NCBI RefSeq assembly: GCF_947568905.1
Contig: NC_079164.1
Coordinates: 107,818,001 to 107,882,000 of the forward strand
Length of the DNA stretch: 64,000 nucleotides
Source of the DNA: Ostrea edulis
Taxonomy: Eukaryota
Direction of reading: 5' to 3'
In this document: positions 38,801 to 49,600 of the stretch, piece by piece
Position numbering within the stretch: position 1 is the first letter of the stretch
Layout of the letters: every line of letters starts with the position of its first letter
Translations under genes and position numbers: made by a program
Notes under the pieces: model-generated
Told to the model about the DNA's origin: nothing
The model's database searches: none
The model's input: the letters and a program-made list of their open reading frames with translations, nothing else

Positions 38801-39316
38801 ATCAATCAATGAGACAGAGGGAAATGGGAGAAGTTTTTGCACATGCAAGTATTTCATAGTTTTCAATTGTACATAAGATATTCTTGGGCTTTTCCAGAGA
38901 GCAGAAAAACCTTAAATGCATTATGATAAGACCTAACTCTCATTTTTGCTCAAATTAAAATGCAAATTTTTTACCCTTACAAACCATATTTATCAGTGAC
39001 TTACAAATACAGTGATTGAAACCAACCAGTTTGTATGAATTTCTAACATCCAGAGGACGCAATAAAATTGAGGTGTTTTTCTAAGCCTGCTGTAAAAAGC
39101 CAGAAGTTGCGAATGTATATTTATTTGATGTACTGTACCTGTGTATCTTGGTGATCCACAACATGATCGAATGTGAATGTTTTGGGATCTGGTTTACTGT
39201 GAATAATGACGGCTGTCTTCGTGTCATTCACTGACACACACTGCTGACAGCCTCTGTCATTGTCATAGGAATCAGGAGGACGGATTCTTACAAACACTTT
39301 GATGGCATCACCCTCA
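6781..39316 (-). CDS. KIF15: Kinesin-like protein KIF15 (kinesin-12), multi-exon; 5' exon(s) not located, 3' end probably continues toward or beyond position 1
   Basis: Phase-consistent GT-AG exons in transcript order: 39139-39316, 37236-37312, 37090-37127, 36156-36256, 35563-35733, 35240-35341, 33476-33586, 31377-31502, 30773-30831, 30543-30606, 28735-28852, 22707-22792, 21843-22007, 19798-19999, 19394-19509, 19025-19204, 18495-18692, 16955-17062, 16690-16795, 14961-15091, 14736-14813, 14438-14554, 11796-11972, 9230-9424, 9032-9118, 8814-8894, 6781-6880 (last donor uncertain). Motor motifs [36 protein letters not shown]15-type segments [38 protein letters not shown], followed by a long coiled coil. 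Confidence 0.93.
7370..8225 (+). mobile_element. HINE-like dispersed repeat, family shared with 15175-16010, 45600-46800 and 57297-58160
   Basis: Shared motifs ggtcttatcggtcacctga, ccaagggctatgaa, ggatcatgaaatttacaatttt, ggtagaggccttcct. Confidence 0.7.
8320..8432. repeat. About 39-bp GC-rich minisatellite, 3 copies
   Basis: ccagacccccagcgttggc...ccctgctgatactat repeated. Confidence 0.7.
10590..11545. mobile_element. Dispersed repeat with recurrent cacgtgcatgcgcgtg motifs and terminal hairpins
   Basis: tgtaacggggaccgttaca hairpin at about 10592; diverged internal repeats; gttccc...gggaac hairpin at about 11515-11540. Confidence 0.5.
12040..13525 (+). mobile_element. HINE-like element; related inverted copy at about 42640-43300
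   Basis: aaacacgag start, diverged internal repeats, terminal hairpin acgttccgtctttgacgggcgtataaaa. Confidence 0.6.
14438..22792 (-). CDS. KIF15: KIF15 stalk exons (11 exons from 22707-22792 to 14438-14554)
   Basis: Heptad-rich translations such as [55 protein letters not shown]; all splice phases compatible. Confidence 0.85.
15175..16010 (+). mobile_element. HINE-like dispersed repeat
   Basis: aaacacgaggccc start; ends gtcacatgagtgactcaggtgacctaaaaa. Confidence 0.7.
17104..17895 (+). mobile_element. HINE-like element with about 5-6 internal 120-140-bp tandem units
   Basis: aaacaagatgtgtttgtgaaacac start; repeated aaagtaggtcaaactccaaggtcaaggtcac...ggtcttgtcacaa. Confidence 0.7.
20060..20335 (-). 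mobile_element. tRNA-derived SINE with V-domain-like core
   Basis: Minus-strand head gggtgtccgggtagcacagagg...gagtttgatcc (A/B-box-like); core ggaggaaaccgcagtacccgtaggaaacccac. Confidence 0.65.
22530..22680. repeat. 38-bp minisatellite, about 4 copies, just downstream of a KIF15 donor
   Basis: atttattccccattctc...catgtagtttattg repeated. Confidence 0.8.
22828..24040 (+). mobile_element. HINE-like element interrupted by an about 490-bp element that ends in a long hairpin
   Basis: aaacaagcattc start; terminal hairpin agtccccttcgactttgtcggtaggggact; inserted segment about 23415-23905. Confidence 0.6.
24042..24425. mobile_element. hAT-type MITE, 384 bp
   Basis: TIRs tagtgttgaaa / tttcatcacta; exact 8-bp TSD ctaataag at 24034-24041 and 24426-24433; subterminal aatcga motifs. 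Confidence 0.85.
24560..28760. repeat. 4.2-kb minisatellite of 36/39-bp units (about 110 copies) derived from the KIF15 exon end plus splice donor
   Basis: Minus-strand unit ctgctgttcagtct(gat)gtcacag|gtaaagttatctacc; the first unit overlaps exon 28735-28852. Confidence 0.97.
28735..28852 (-). CDS. KIF15: KIF15 neck exon ([25 protein letters not shown]...SVT)
   Basis: ttctttag|GCTGTTGTG...GTCACAG|gtaaag; phase 1 joins exon 22707-22792 in frame. Confidence 0.88.
28847..29420. repeat. 30-bp acceptor triplication grading into a 29-bp AT-rich minisatellite
   Basis: aacagcctaaagaacaaaactgcaatcgtt x3, then ataaaaaataaaactacaatcgttatatg for about 16 copies. Confidence 0.9.
30543..33586 (-). CDS. 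KIF15: KIF15 exons 33476-33586, 31377-31502, 30773-30831, 30543-30606 (switch II DLAGSER; [23 protein letters not shown]; [18 protein letters not shown])
   Basis: Conserved motor C-terminal motifs; phases 0,0,2,0. Confidence 0.93.
30998..31350. repeat. About 44-bp minisatellite, about 8 copies
   Basis: atctttaatactcttgtttgtgaagaagataaaatattcattgc and variants. Confidence 0.85.
31569..32160. mobile_element. hAT-like TIR element containing six copies of a 21-bp repeat
   Basis: Termini cagtgttcgaca / tgtcgaaccctg; ctagtcctgctaagtcagtag x6 at 31631-31756; flanks share only catatt; a related fragment ends at 50348. Confidence 0.65.
33907..35060. repeat. 27-bp minisatellite in two blocks (about 35 and about 6 copies)
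   Basis: agatatctatccaatgatcttcacac(a/c/t). Confidence 0.95.
35240..36256 (-). CDS. KIF15: KIF15 exons 36156-36256, 35563-35733, 35240-35341 ([12 protein letters not shown]; [14 protein letters not shown]; switch [12 protein letters not shown])
   Basis: Conserved kinesin motor motifs; phases consistent. Confidence 0.93.
36235..36603. repeat. 73-bp x5 array containing a KIF15 splice acceptor and exon start
   Basis: ttttctacatcatctgatgggcctatgtg...aattacatg; unit ends at 36307, 36380, 36453, 36526. Confidence 0.9.
37090..37312 (-). CDS. KIF15: KIF15 exons 37236-37312 and 37090-37127 (ESVF...GYNGTIFAY / [14 protein letters not shown]-loop)
   Basis: Canonical splice sites; kinesin P-loop split across a 108-bp intron. 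Confidence 0.93.
37489..38800. mobile_element. 1.3-kb TTAA-flanked non-autonomous DNA transposon (Kolobok-like), copy B
   Basis: Same termini and interior as 4924-6216. Confidence 0.8.
39139..39316 (-). CDS. KIF15: KIF15 exon, motor N-terminus ([14 protein letters not shown]...[14 protein letters not shown])
   Basis: ttttgcag|TGAGGGT...CAG|gtacag; 178 bp, phase 2 to 0. Confidence 0.92.
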
Positions 39317-39371
39317 CTGCAAAATTTAAACAAATACCATTCTAATCATCATGCAAAATAATTGTTAAAAC

Positions 39372-40362
39372 AACTTTTACTGAATTAGGTAATGGAGTTG
39401 GATTTCCTGTAATACTATCACAATTTAGATACTACTTTTACTGAATTAGGTAATGGAGTTGGATTTCCTGTAATACTATCAGAATTTAGATACAACTTTT
39501 ACTGAATTAGGTAATGGAGTTGGATTTCCTGTAATACTATCAGAATTTAGATACAACTTTTACTGAATTAGGTAATGGAGTTGGATTTCCTGTAATACTA
39601 TCACAATTTAGATACTACTTTTACTGAATTAGGTAATGGAGTTGGATTTCCTGTAATACTATCACAATTTAGATACTACTTTTACTGAATTAGGTAATGG
39701 AGTTGGATTTCCTGTAATACTATCACAATTTAGATACTACTTTTACTGAATTAGGTAATGGAGTTGGATTTCCTGTAATACTATCACAATTTAGATACTA
39801 CTTTTACTGAATTAGGTAATGGAGTTGGATTTCCTGTAATACTATCACAATTTAGATACTACTTTTACTGAATTAGGTAATGGAGTTGGATTTCCTGTAA
39901 TACTATCACAATTTAGATACTACTTTTACTGAATTAGGTAATGGAGTTGGATTTCCTGTAATACTATCACAATTTAGATACTACTTTTACTGAATTAGGT
40001 AATGGAGTTGGATTTCCTGTAATACTATCACAATTTAGATACTACTTTTACTGAATTAGGTAATGGAGTTGGATTTCCTGTAATACTATCACAATTTAGA
40101 TACTACTTTTACTGAATTAGGTAATGGAGTTGGATTTCCTGTAATACTATCACAATTTAGATACTACTTTTACTGAATTAGGTAATGGAGTTGGATTTCC
40201 TGTAATACTATCACAATTTAGATACTACTTTTACTGAATTAGGTAATGGAGTTGGATTTCCTGTAATACTATCACAATTTAGATACAACTTTTACTGAAT
40301 TAGGTAATGGAGTTGGATTTCCTGTAATACTATCAGAATTTAGATACAACTTTAACTGAATT
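39372..40362. repeat. 61-bp minisatellite, at least 16 near-identical copies, running into the gap
   Basis: cttttactgaattaggtaatggagttggatttcctgtaatactatcacaatttagatacta. Confidence 0.95.
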
Positions 40363-40562
40363 NNNNNNNNNNNNNNNNNNNNNNNNNNNNNNNNNNNNNN
40401 NNNNNNNNNNNNNNNNNNNNNNNNNNNNNNNNNNNNNNNNNNNNNNNNNNNNNNNNNNNNNNNNNNNNNNNNNNNNNNNNNNNNNNNNNNNNNNNNNNNN
40501 NNNNNNNNNNNNNNNNNNNNNNNNNNNNNNNNNNNNNNNNNNNNNNNNNNNNNNNNNNNNNN
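40363..40562. other. Assembly gap (200 N)
   Basis: Run of n characters. Confidence 0.99.
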
Positions 40563-42446
40563 AGATTTAGTTGTAATAAATAAGTCACGGTCGGAAGTGA
40601 TGCTTTATGACATCTACTCGTTGTAACTTAAAAACATGAAAGTGTGTAAAGTTTTGTTTCAGATAAATAGATATATTAAAATTGAATTCATTGATTTTAA
40701 TCTAAAAAACAGTTTATTTGAATTCAATGTATTAGAAAGTTTTTATCAAATCTTATCGTAAACAGCCATTTCTCTAATCAAATATGACATTTCGTTCTCA
40801 CACAAAGACGTCCCAAGATAAACAAAGAAAGGTAGGGAAAAAACAAAACAGACTTATGAAATAGAAATTTTAAAATAACCATTGAGATAATTTTCATTCT
40901 AAATAGACTGATTGAAAAAATTTCGTGCTGGGTAGAATATAATAAAGAAACATAAAATGTTGTGTTTTAAAATTAAACCATTATCAGTGATGTTTTAAGG
41001 GCCCATTTTGGGTCCGAATTTCGGCCCTTTCCTTCCTAAAAATTGTCATTTTCCCCCGCAATTTAGCTTGCATTTTTCCCAATAATAAATTATGCAAGGA
41101 AAGCGTATTTGAAAAAAAATAAATATTCGACGTGAATTATATACATAAGACTTAACAAAGAGTTATAGGAATGATGATTTGGATAGAATAGTTGAAAATT
41201 TTAGGTTAAAGAAAGTTAGATGTGTAAAATAAAGATAATATAATGTTTGATATGATTTTGAAACTTATTTGCAATAAAATTGATTTCTCCCAATTTGAAT
41301 GAAATGTCGATAATTTTTCCCAATTCGAAAGCCACAGGACCCTTGTAAAGAATGTAGAAAAATCACTGATCATTGATGAGACTAACATTTTTTTATGAGA
41401 CAATTAAATACAATCATATACATTTTAGTTCAAACAGACAAACTTAACGTTTTCCTTTGAGTTAAGTATTTAAATATGGAAAAACTATCAGGTTTTTTTC
41501 TGGAATGTTAGTCAGGGCTAATGGATGTAAGGTCAGGTCTAATAAAAATCATTTGAAATAGTCCGACTGGACTAGTGGCCCAAAAAAGTAAATGTCAAAC
41601 CCTTCTTTTTTCTGCAGCACACACACACACACATATATATTATGTCCGAACTGGTGTCCGACCTCCGAAGTCAATGCATATCAGAGATTACGAACAAGAA
41701 TTACTATCAGGAAGACAATAATTCATAATTCCAATGTTATTTATTACGATTGTTTTGATTGGACAAAAATAAAGCTGAACAAGAGTTTATTCCTATAACA
41801 TGAAATGACATTTTCTGCCGATTTAATGGGTTTATTACTTCAGATCCACTCTCATTCAATGAAATTATATATTCAATCACAAATATATGTTCTTTTCAAT
41901 TTATTTACCATCAGTTACAATTTTTATTACTTTAAGGATTCTTTGATATTAAGCTCAGATGTAATTGCATGTTTTATAATGGTTAGATCCGTAAAGTTAG
42001 CTCTGTCAGATAGTGTATACGGCAAACCGTTGCCGTTTGAATGTTGACTGTGTCAGAGTGTATGATCAGACCTGAACAATATCAACAATATGTCTGCTAA
42101 CCCAGAAAACCTGCAATGATGGGTTTGAAATAATTCCTTGCGAAAATTTATACACTACCTGCTGTCATTTCAATTTTCAGAATTTTCGAATATTGAAAAT
42201 GGCGGGTTTCCTTTTCTGAACTAGATAATTCGTTCAAGGGCAAGGTTGCTCTTTCCTATCAATACAATTTCCTGAAACATGGATCAGTATAATACATCAA
42301 CATTTCAAATATGACATCCTTTCAATATTTGATATCAAAAACTTCAATAAATGGAGGCATACATAAATTAAAACTGTCTTTACTGTAGCTTAATGATTGA
42401 ACGAATTGTTTGGGGATTTTTAAGATAGGAAAAATGAAAGTAGATC

Positions 42447-44521
42447 ATGACTAACTTTCGTTTACACCCGTCAAGGCTCATTCCGTGCTATTCTGCAGCA
42501 CTCAAAAATATTTTAAAGAAGAATCTTCATTACAGCAACGAAAACGTTGTCCCAGATGATCACAAATTGCTAGCTTCGAAAATATGGCATTATTTGATTC
42601 TTGGACATAAGGTCACAAAGGTACTGTATGCACAAACTATGTGCCTGTCAGTATTATGGCATGGCGTCGTCCGTCTGTTTGCCCAGACCTTGTAGGCTAA
42701 ATGGAAAATGAACCGTAAGTTCCAGGATCTTACAACTTGGTACATTTGATCACCATGATGAGAGGGAGATGCCCATTGTTTTTCCAAGATCGAAGGTCAA
42801 GGTCGTCAAACTTGGTACACATATACTCCTCATGCCAAGTGGAGGACGCCTTTTGTTCTTCAAGGTCAGAGGTAAAAGTCATAGTATCACTTAGTAGGAA
42901 AACCTTGTAGGCAGAATACAGACTATTTGGGCTGGTATACATACTCCTCATGCCAAGTGGAGGATGCCGTTTGTTCTTCAAGGTCAAAGGTTAAGGTCAT
43001 AGTATCACTTAGTAGGAAAATCTTGTAGGCAGGACACAGGCTGAACCGTTGGGCTAGGATCGTCAAACTTGGTACTCGTACACCTTATGCCAAGCAGAGG
43101 ATGCCTATTGTTTCTCAAGGTCAAAGTCGTATCTCTTAGAAGAAAAACCTTGTTTTTGTTACTATGGTTACAGATATTGCTCTGAAATTTAGTCACAAGC
43201 TTCCTCTCAGAGGAATATAAGTTCAGTTTGCATTTCAGCTGGATTGATGCACCATGACCTACTTTAGGGGTAAAAGTAGGTCAAATTGTTTTTTTAAAAG
43301 GATTTTTTATCAATTCAGAGTGCACAATGTGCTTACATGTCCAACGGGTGAATGTTGTACCATTTGTGGTACTTTTGTTTAATAGCTTGGTTATATGGGC
43401 AAAAAAAGACCCAAGTTAATTACGGTAGATCTTTTAATGTTACCTGTCTGATGTCAATTTCTTATACATGGAGCTTATTTTACTGTTCAATAATCTTTGT
43501 CGCAATTCAGAGTGATGTTATAATGGTGCTTGGAAATCATGATTTACGAACTGCTCAACACGGTGCAGAATTATGGCTTCAAGAAATGGCACCATGGATT
43601 TTGTTCTCGGGAAAAGAAGGTGCAAATACAATAGGTAAATTCTGTGAATCAGTCATTTGGTAATCGAATTAAAATATGAAAATATGCTAGTAAGGTAATA
43701 AAATTTGAAAACATTATTAAGTATCTTGTATGAAAAGACTGACTTTCAGTTTGTATGTTGGGAATTATTCATTATACTTAAGAACATTTATTGTGCAGTT
43801 CATAACCTCACAAGGATGTGAGGATGTTGTGCTGCCTGAACATGATGTAATGAAGAATGTGAAACATCCAGCTGTCACAAGGTTGCATATTCACCTAAAT
43901 TCATCACATTATTGTATATCTTCTTCTCTACAAAAAATAAGTCTCTCAGAAACAAAGGTGCCCACATTGAACTACTCTACATTGTCTCCAGACATTCACA
44001 CCAAATTTTTTTTAAAACAATATCTATCTTTATTCATAACAGGAAAATGGACAGAACCTGAGGCCAAAGTCTTTAAAAATGTTGCAGTGTCTTTGGGTGT
44101 CAACAGAAACAGGATTTTGTTAGAACCTAATGCTACGAATACTGGGGAGAATGTAAAGTTTTCGTATGAAGTCCTTCAGCACATGAACTTATTACCAAAA
44201 GACAAGATCATCCTGGTTCAAATGCCATATATGGAGAGAAGGACCTATGCTACATTTATGAAGCAATGGCCAGGTTTCTGTGAATCTCCTGATTTACAAG
44301 TTATGATGACATCTCCACCGATTCCAATGCTTAATTATCCCAATACAGAGGTGGGATCATTGCGAGATGTTATCAGTGCTATGATGGGGTGCCTGTACAG
44401 AATACAGAGTTATCCACAAAAAGGTTTTCAAATAAAACAGGCTGTACCAGATAGTGTTCTACAGAGTTACCAAAAGTTGCTCAGCACAAATATGTATAAT
44501 GATCACATTCATACAAAATGA
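42447..44521 (+). CDS. DUF218/YdcF-family protein, 3 exons: 42447-42620, 43511-43634, 44043-44521 (about 258 aa)
   Basis: Spliced product LASKIWHYLILGHKVTK/SDVIMVLGNHDLRTAQHGAELW...ILFSG/...ILLEPNATNTGENVKFS...VQMPYMERRTYATF fits the bacterial DUF218 pattern (IWxY, VLGxHD, FSG, TNTGEN, PYMERR). Splice sites AAG|gtactg, ttcag|AGT, ATAG|gtaaat, aacag|GA are phase compatible. Confidence 0.85.
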
Positions 44522-44985
44522 ATATTCAGACTTGTTGTATTGAAATATTAATCAGCAACAATGGAATCCACTTTAAAATACACTCTTCGTGTAGTGAGAC
44601 ATACATGGATACTGGTATTCAATTTGCAAATAATTTGATTTTGTACTGTATCAAACTGTACACTACGGTAGTATACCGGTCCCCAATAGCACGTGACTGT
44701 GCATGAGCAGTTATTCCCCTTGTCGTTGCTCTATCTTTCAATATGTTAAATTAAAATATAAATATAAAAAATTCTCTGGTGTGTTATTCCTCCTTAATTC
44801 TCTGGAGTTCAACAAGAAATATTTGTAAGTACAAGTACAACACTACGTAGAATGTATTTTTAATTGTGACTGTTATTATAAAGATGTTTCACAACATGAC
44901 AGAATGGCCATTTGGGTGTGAAAGCGTACCTGTACCATCCTTATCAAACAGAGCCCAGAGACTGCATTACAACACCTGCATAATG

Positions 44986-46615
44986 TTAGGAGTTGATTTT
45001 AACAGCATGCAATATAGATTCAGTCAAAATATAAAGTTTTTGTGATGTTGTTTGAATCCCAACAATATGGTCCGAACATTCCAATGAAACTACCTGTTGC
45101 TTGGCAACACTGTTTATTTGACGTCCATTTTTGCGATTTCTGACTTCCGTTTCAATAGCAACTGGTTGTCTGTATACATATGCAAGTCGCCACATGTCGC
45201 AAATAACAGCAAAGGAACAGTCAGGGGCGCACACCGTAAATCTACGATTTTGTTTCGAGGCCTGTACATAACCAAAAGCATTAAATGTTGAAACATGGTG
45301 CCATGGAGATTGCAGTTCTTTGCAGTCATTCTCTGGCTGCCACACAATGCCATCTACATCATGTCGTAAACAAAGTGCGAGAGGTTTATCTTTATCCAGC
45401 GGAGCCGAGAACAGGAACTGGTGACTTCCAGTATTTGTCTAAAAGGTTAAAAAAAAAATCACATGTGAAAATAGGTGAATCAATATAAAACTCAAATTTC
45501 CTCTGAGAGTCATCAATACAGAGAGACATAAAAAAAATAATCAGCTCAATATCTACAAGCACAACAAACATGTTAATATACAATAACAAACAATATACAA
45601 TAACAAGAGGCCCACAGGTCTTATCGGTCACCTGAATACTAGTGAAAAAGTATCACTACTCCCAAGGGCTATGAAAAGTAGAAAAAAATTACTGTTTTGA
45701 ATATCTAAGCTAAATTCTAATGTTCAGCAACAGTATTCTTAAAACTTCAATGCCTTCAAAAGTGCATACACTGATGAGAAGATTTACATAATATAATAGG
45801 TGTATTTACTTTAAAACATTTAAAAAAGATGTAATTAATTTGGGCCCATCATAGAGCCAAAACCCTGGGTTGTGAAATTCACCATTTTTTGTACATCCCT
45901 TTCTGCTATTTTAAGTATGCATTCAGATTTTGTACAGTATCAGCAAACTTACACATAAACACTATATACTAAGTTTGGCCCCACCCTGGGGTCAGAACTC
46001 ATACCCCGGGGATCATGAAATTTACAATTTTGGTAGAGGCATTCCTACTGTACATCATTATGTATTTAGTTTATCTTAAACATGTGCGATTCTAGAGAAG
46101 ATCATAGAAATTGGTCAATTTATGGCAATTTTTGCCCTGCCCCTAAGGCCTCAGGGGTGCAAGAATCCTGAAATTTATAATTTATGCCCCCCTTGTTCCA
46201 AAGATGCTTCATATAAAATTTGAAAAGAATTGGAATGGTGGTTATCAAGAAAAAGTTAAAAAATTCTATAATTGATCATTTTGGCCCCACCCTAATACCA
46301 AAAACCCCTACCCCTGGGATCATCAAATTAACAATATTGGTAAAGGACTACCTGCTCTTTCTAAAAATCCATTTAGCTTCAATTTACTATCAAAAGCACT
46401 AAAGAAGATGTTATCTAAGTGTTTTACACATAAACACTACATTGTAAGTTTGGCTCCGCCCTGGGGTCAAAACCCCTACTCCAGGGATCATGAAATTTAC
46501 AATTTGTTAGAGGCCTTCCTGCTTTACATTGCAATCCATTTAGTTTTGTTTTTCTTACACATGTCCAGTTCTAGAGAAGAACATTTTTGAAAATTGGTCA
46601 ATTTTGGACAATTCT

Positions 46616-46651
<36 letters not shown>

Positions 46652-49600
46652 CTAGAAGCTTACGGGTGCAGGAGTCCTGAAGTTTAAAATTTATGCTTCT
46701 GTCCAAAAGATGCTTCACACCAAATTTGAAAAGAATTGGAATAGTAGTTATCAAAAAGAAGTTATAAATGTTTAATTGTTATGCACGACAGACGACAAAA
46801 AGTCCAAAAAGAATAATTAGAAATTTTCAAAGTGAAAGGGCAATAACTTTGGTGAAAATAGGTCAATTGTTGTGAAATTCAAACTTGATCTGTAAGTCAT
46901 CAATATAAAGATAATTATAGGATTAAACATTCTTTTTGAAGAATTTATCGATGTGTAAACTCTGGACATTTTACTCACAAACTGAATAAAAGTGCAAAGC
47001 ACTTTTATGTTAAGGTAGGTCCTTAGTCCTGGATTTTTGGGGTTTAGGTAGCATTTTTTTGTTTAGAATCAATAAATTAACATTCAGAGTAATGAAAAAA
47101 GGCAAAACAGTTAAGGGTTTCCATATTAATTTTCATTACATACACCACTAAAGTCATATACCCCGATGTAAATTTTTATGAAATTCATTGGAAACAGTTA
47201 TTTGTTGTTATTTTAATATAAAAACAACAAAATATTTTTTGAATTGCATTTATTTATCGGGAAACATGTCAATAACTAAAATACATGTCATTTTCAATAT
47301 GTTCATCAAGTTTTAGAATAATATGTGGAAAATTATTGAATTAGCGTTATTCCCCAAAATGTTAAAAAACAAACAAATGTGGACGCATTTTCCTTATAGC
47401 ATGGTTTACATATCATTTTTTCTGTTTATATTAGTAGAGTTACATCTGTTATAGTTATTCATGGGAAAAAATCCATACCTTTCCTTAATAATTTAAAATC
47501 TATAGCTTCCAGATAAATGAGATTATGTATACCCCCATCAAAAACTGAAGTCTGGCACCATACAGCTGAGCTATTTAAATCACCCGGGATTAAAATTGTA
47601 TGTAATTTCATGAAAAGACACAGATAATGATTCCTTATCACCTTGGTAAAATGTTTGTCAAAAATAAAGGAAATCTATCGCATTATGGACTTTATAAATA
47701 ATTGAATGAAAACAGAGTTATTGTCCTTGGATTCAATATTTTGAAACATATCATTGACTATTCAAATATAACTAAGAAGTTTGAAATATTTTATGGCTAA
47801 CAAGATATTTTACAATAACTATTGAAAAAGATTCCAACAAAATGTATGTTCCTATCATTAAATTATTGACTTTGCAAAATCCCATGACGTCACACGAGTG
47901 TGGAACTACGTTAAGTAATTTGTGAGTAAAATGTCCAGAGTTTACACGTTGATAAATTCTTCAAAAAGAATGTTTGATTCTTATAATTCCAATTTGTTCC
48001 CTGTATTATCAATTTCAAAAATTTGAATAGTTTCCCCGTACTATATGTTATTTGTTTTCAGGCGCGTATGTATGCATAGCGTTTTTGGATTTATTGATAT
48101 GTAAATTCTTGTTTAGATGTATTTTGTCCAATCAAAACAATAGTAATAAATAACATTGGAATTATATACTAATATTAGCTCATCATCTAAATGTACAGCA
48201 TAAAAAAAAAGCCCAAAAAACTATGATGGAATAACAGAATGAAAAACAGAAAAGGTTAACACTATATGCCCCAACCATTTCATGGCAGGCCGGCCATCAA
48301 AAGGTTTACCTTGTGTGTAATTTTATGTGTATCTCCATCGAACCTCATCAGAGTTGAGCTGTCCTCTGGGAAAACATCACACTCTTCCAGCTGTTGGGAG
48401 TTGTATGGTTTTTCTCTTGCCTCTTCAGGGTCTGGGTTCTAAAACACAAAGTTCTTGAAAACTGACCAGCTGCCATGTTTTGATTGTCACTCTGCATAGC
48501 CCAAGTAAAATCAACAATCAGACAAAGTGAAAATGCCAACATGGTTGTAAGACCAGGCAAGCCAATATTCATCATTTTGATATTGTTGTACTATTACATA
48601 ACTACGGACACTAAAATATATTACTCATATACCATGAATTTATTGAAACAAATTCAGTAGATTCAGGTTGTGGTAATTTGATTTTAATTGTAAGGTACTG
48701 ACTGGGTTAAATTATTAAAGCCAAATTATGAACTATACAAAGAGAGATTATCATGAAGATAAGAAAATTCAAAAATGTATTGCATATATACATGTATCAT
48801 CAAAACTGAGAAAGCCTGGGTTTATAGAAATCAAACTTCAGACAATTGAAGTCCACTTGCCTGATAGACACATACATAATAAAATTAATGTCCAACCCAG
48901 GTTGGTAATGTTAGTAATTCAAGAATTAAACTCTCTCTATCTCTCTCATTTATATCTGCCAATATCTGATTTATTCTTTCAGTCGTTAAATAAACCTGTA
49001 CCAAACACTTCAGTGAACTTTCCTAAACCAAAGCTTTTGTCTGCTGCCTGATCGGTCATCTCAAAAACATTTTCACATTTTTCTCATAATCAGAGAGCTG
49101 AATTCCACCAAATTATCCCGAGTAGATACAGGACTGACACTCACCAGTTGGTCTGAGGTAAGTCCAGCTAATCTCTCGTGGATCTGAGCTATCAGTGCAG
49201 GGTCCATGGTCATTTCTCCCCGATTGTCCCCCACCACGACCTGTGACCACACCTCCTCCTCTTCTTTCTTACACAATGTCAACTCTACCCTGATATTTAT
49301 AAAATAAACCAGTTTGCTGTTATTGAAACAGGTAGGTATATGTTTTCTATTGTGTTTCAGTCCAAACTGATTTCTGAAAGCTAAAATATAAAAGGACTAC
49401 GCGAGTTGAAATTGGTGCATTTTCCTGTGAAATGCTCATTTTCATACGATTATGAGGTCATGAAAACATCAATGACCAGTATGTCACAATTTGATCGATG
49501 TTAACGAAATATAAATATTTGCATGGTAGTTTTTGATTAGAAAATATAGTGCATCAGGGCCTCAAGAAAAAATATAATACTTTACACACTGTCAGATTGA

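Noticed and set aside
39372-40362. 61-bp array as CRISPR or a regulatory locus
   Set aside because: Head-to-tail near-identical units with no spacers; an ordinary minisatellite truncated by the gap.
43730-44042. N-terminal 104 aa of the 263-aa ORF as a real coding region
   Set aside because: It lies in intron 2 of the DUF218 gene. The conserved domain is continuous only when 43634 is spliced to 44043, and a candidate cassette at about 43800-43881 gives a stop in the incoming phase.
42447-44521. Bacterial contamination as the source of the DUF218 gene
   Set aside because: The gene has canonical spliceosomal introns containing host repeats, has host-like AT content, and is contiguous with animal genes.
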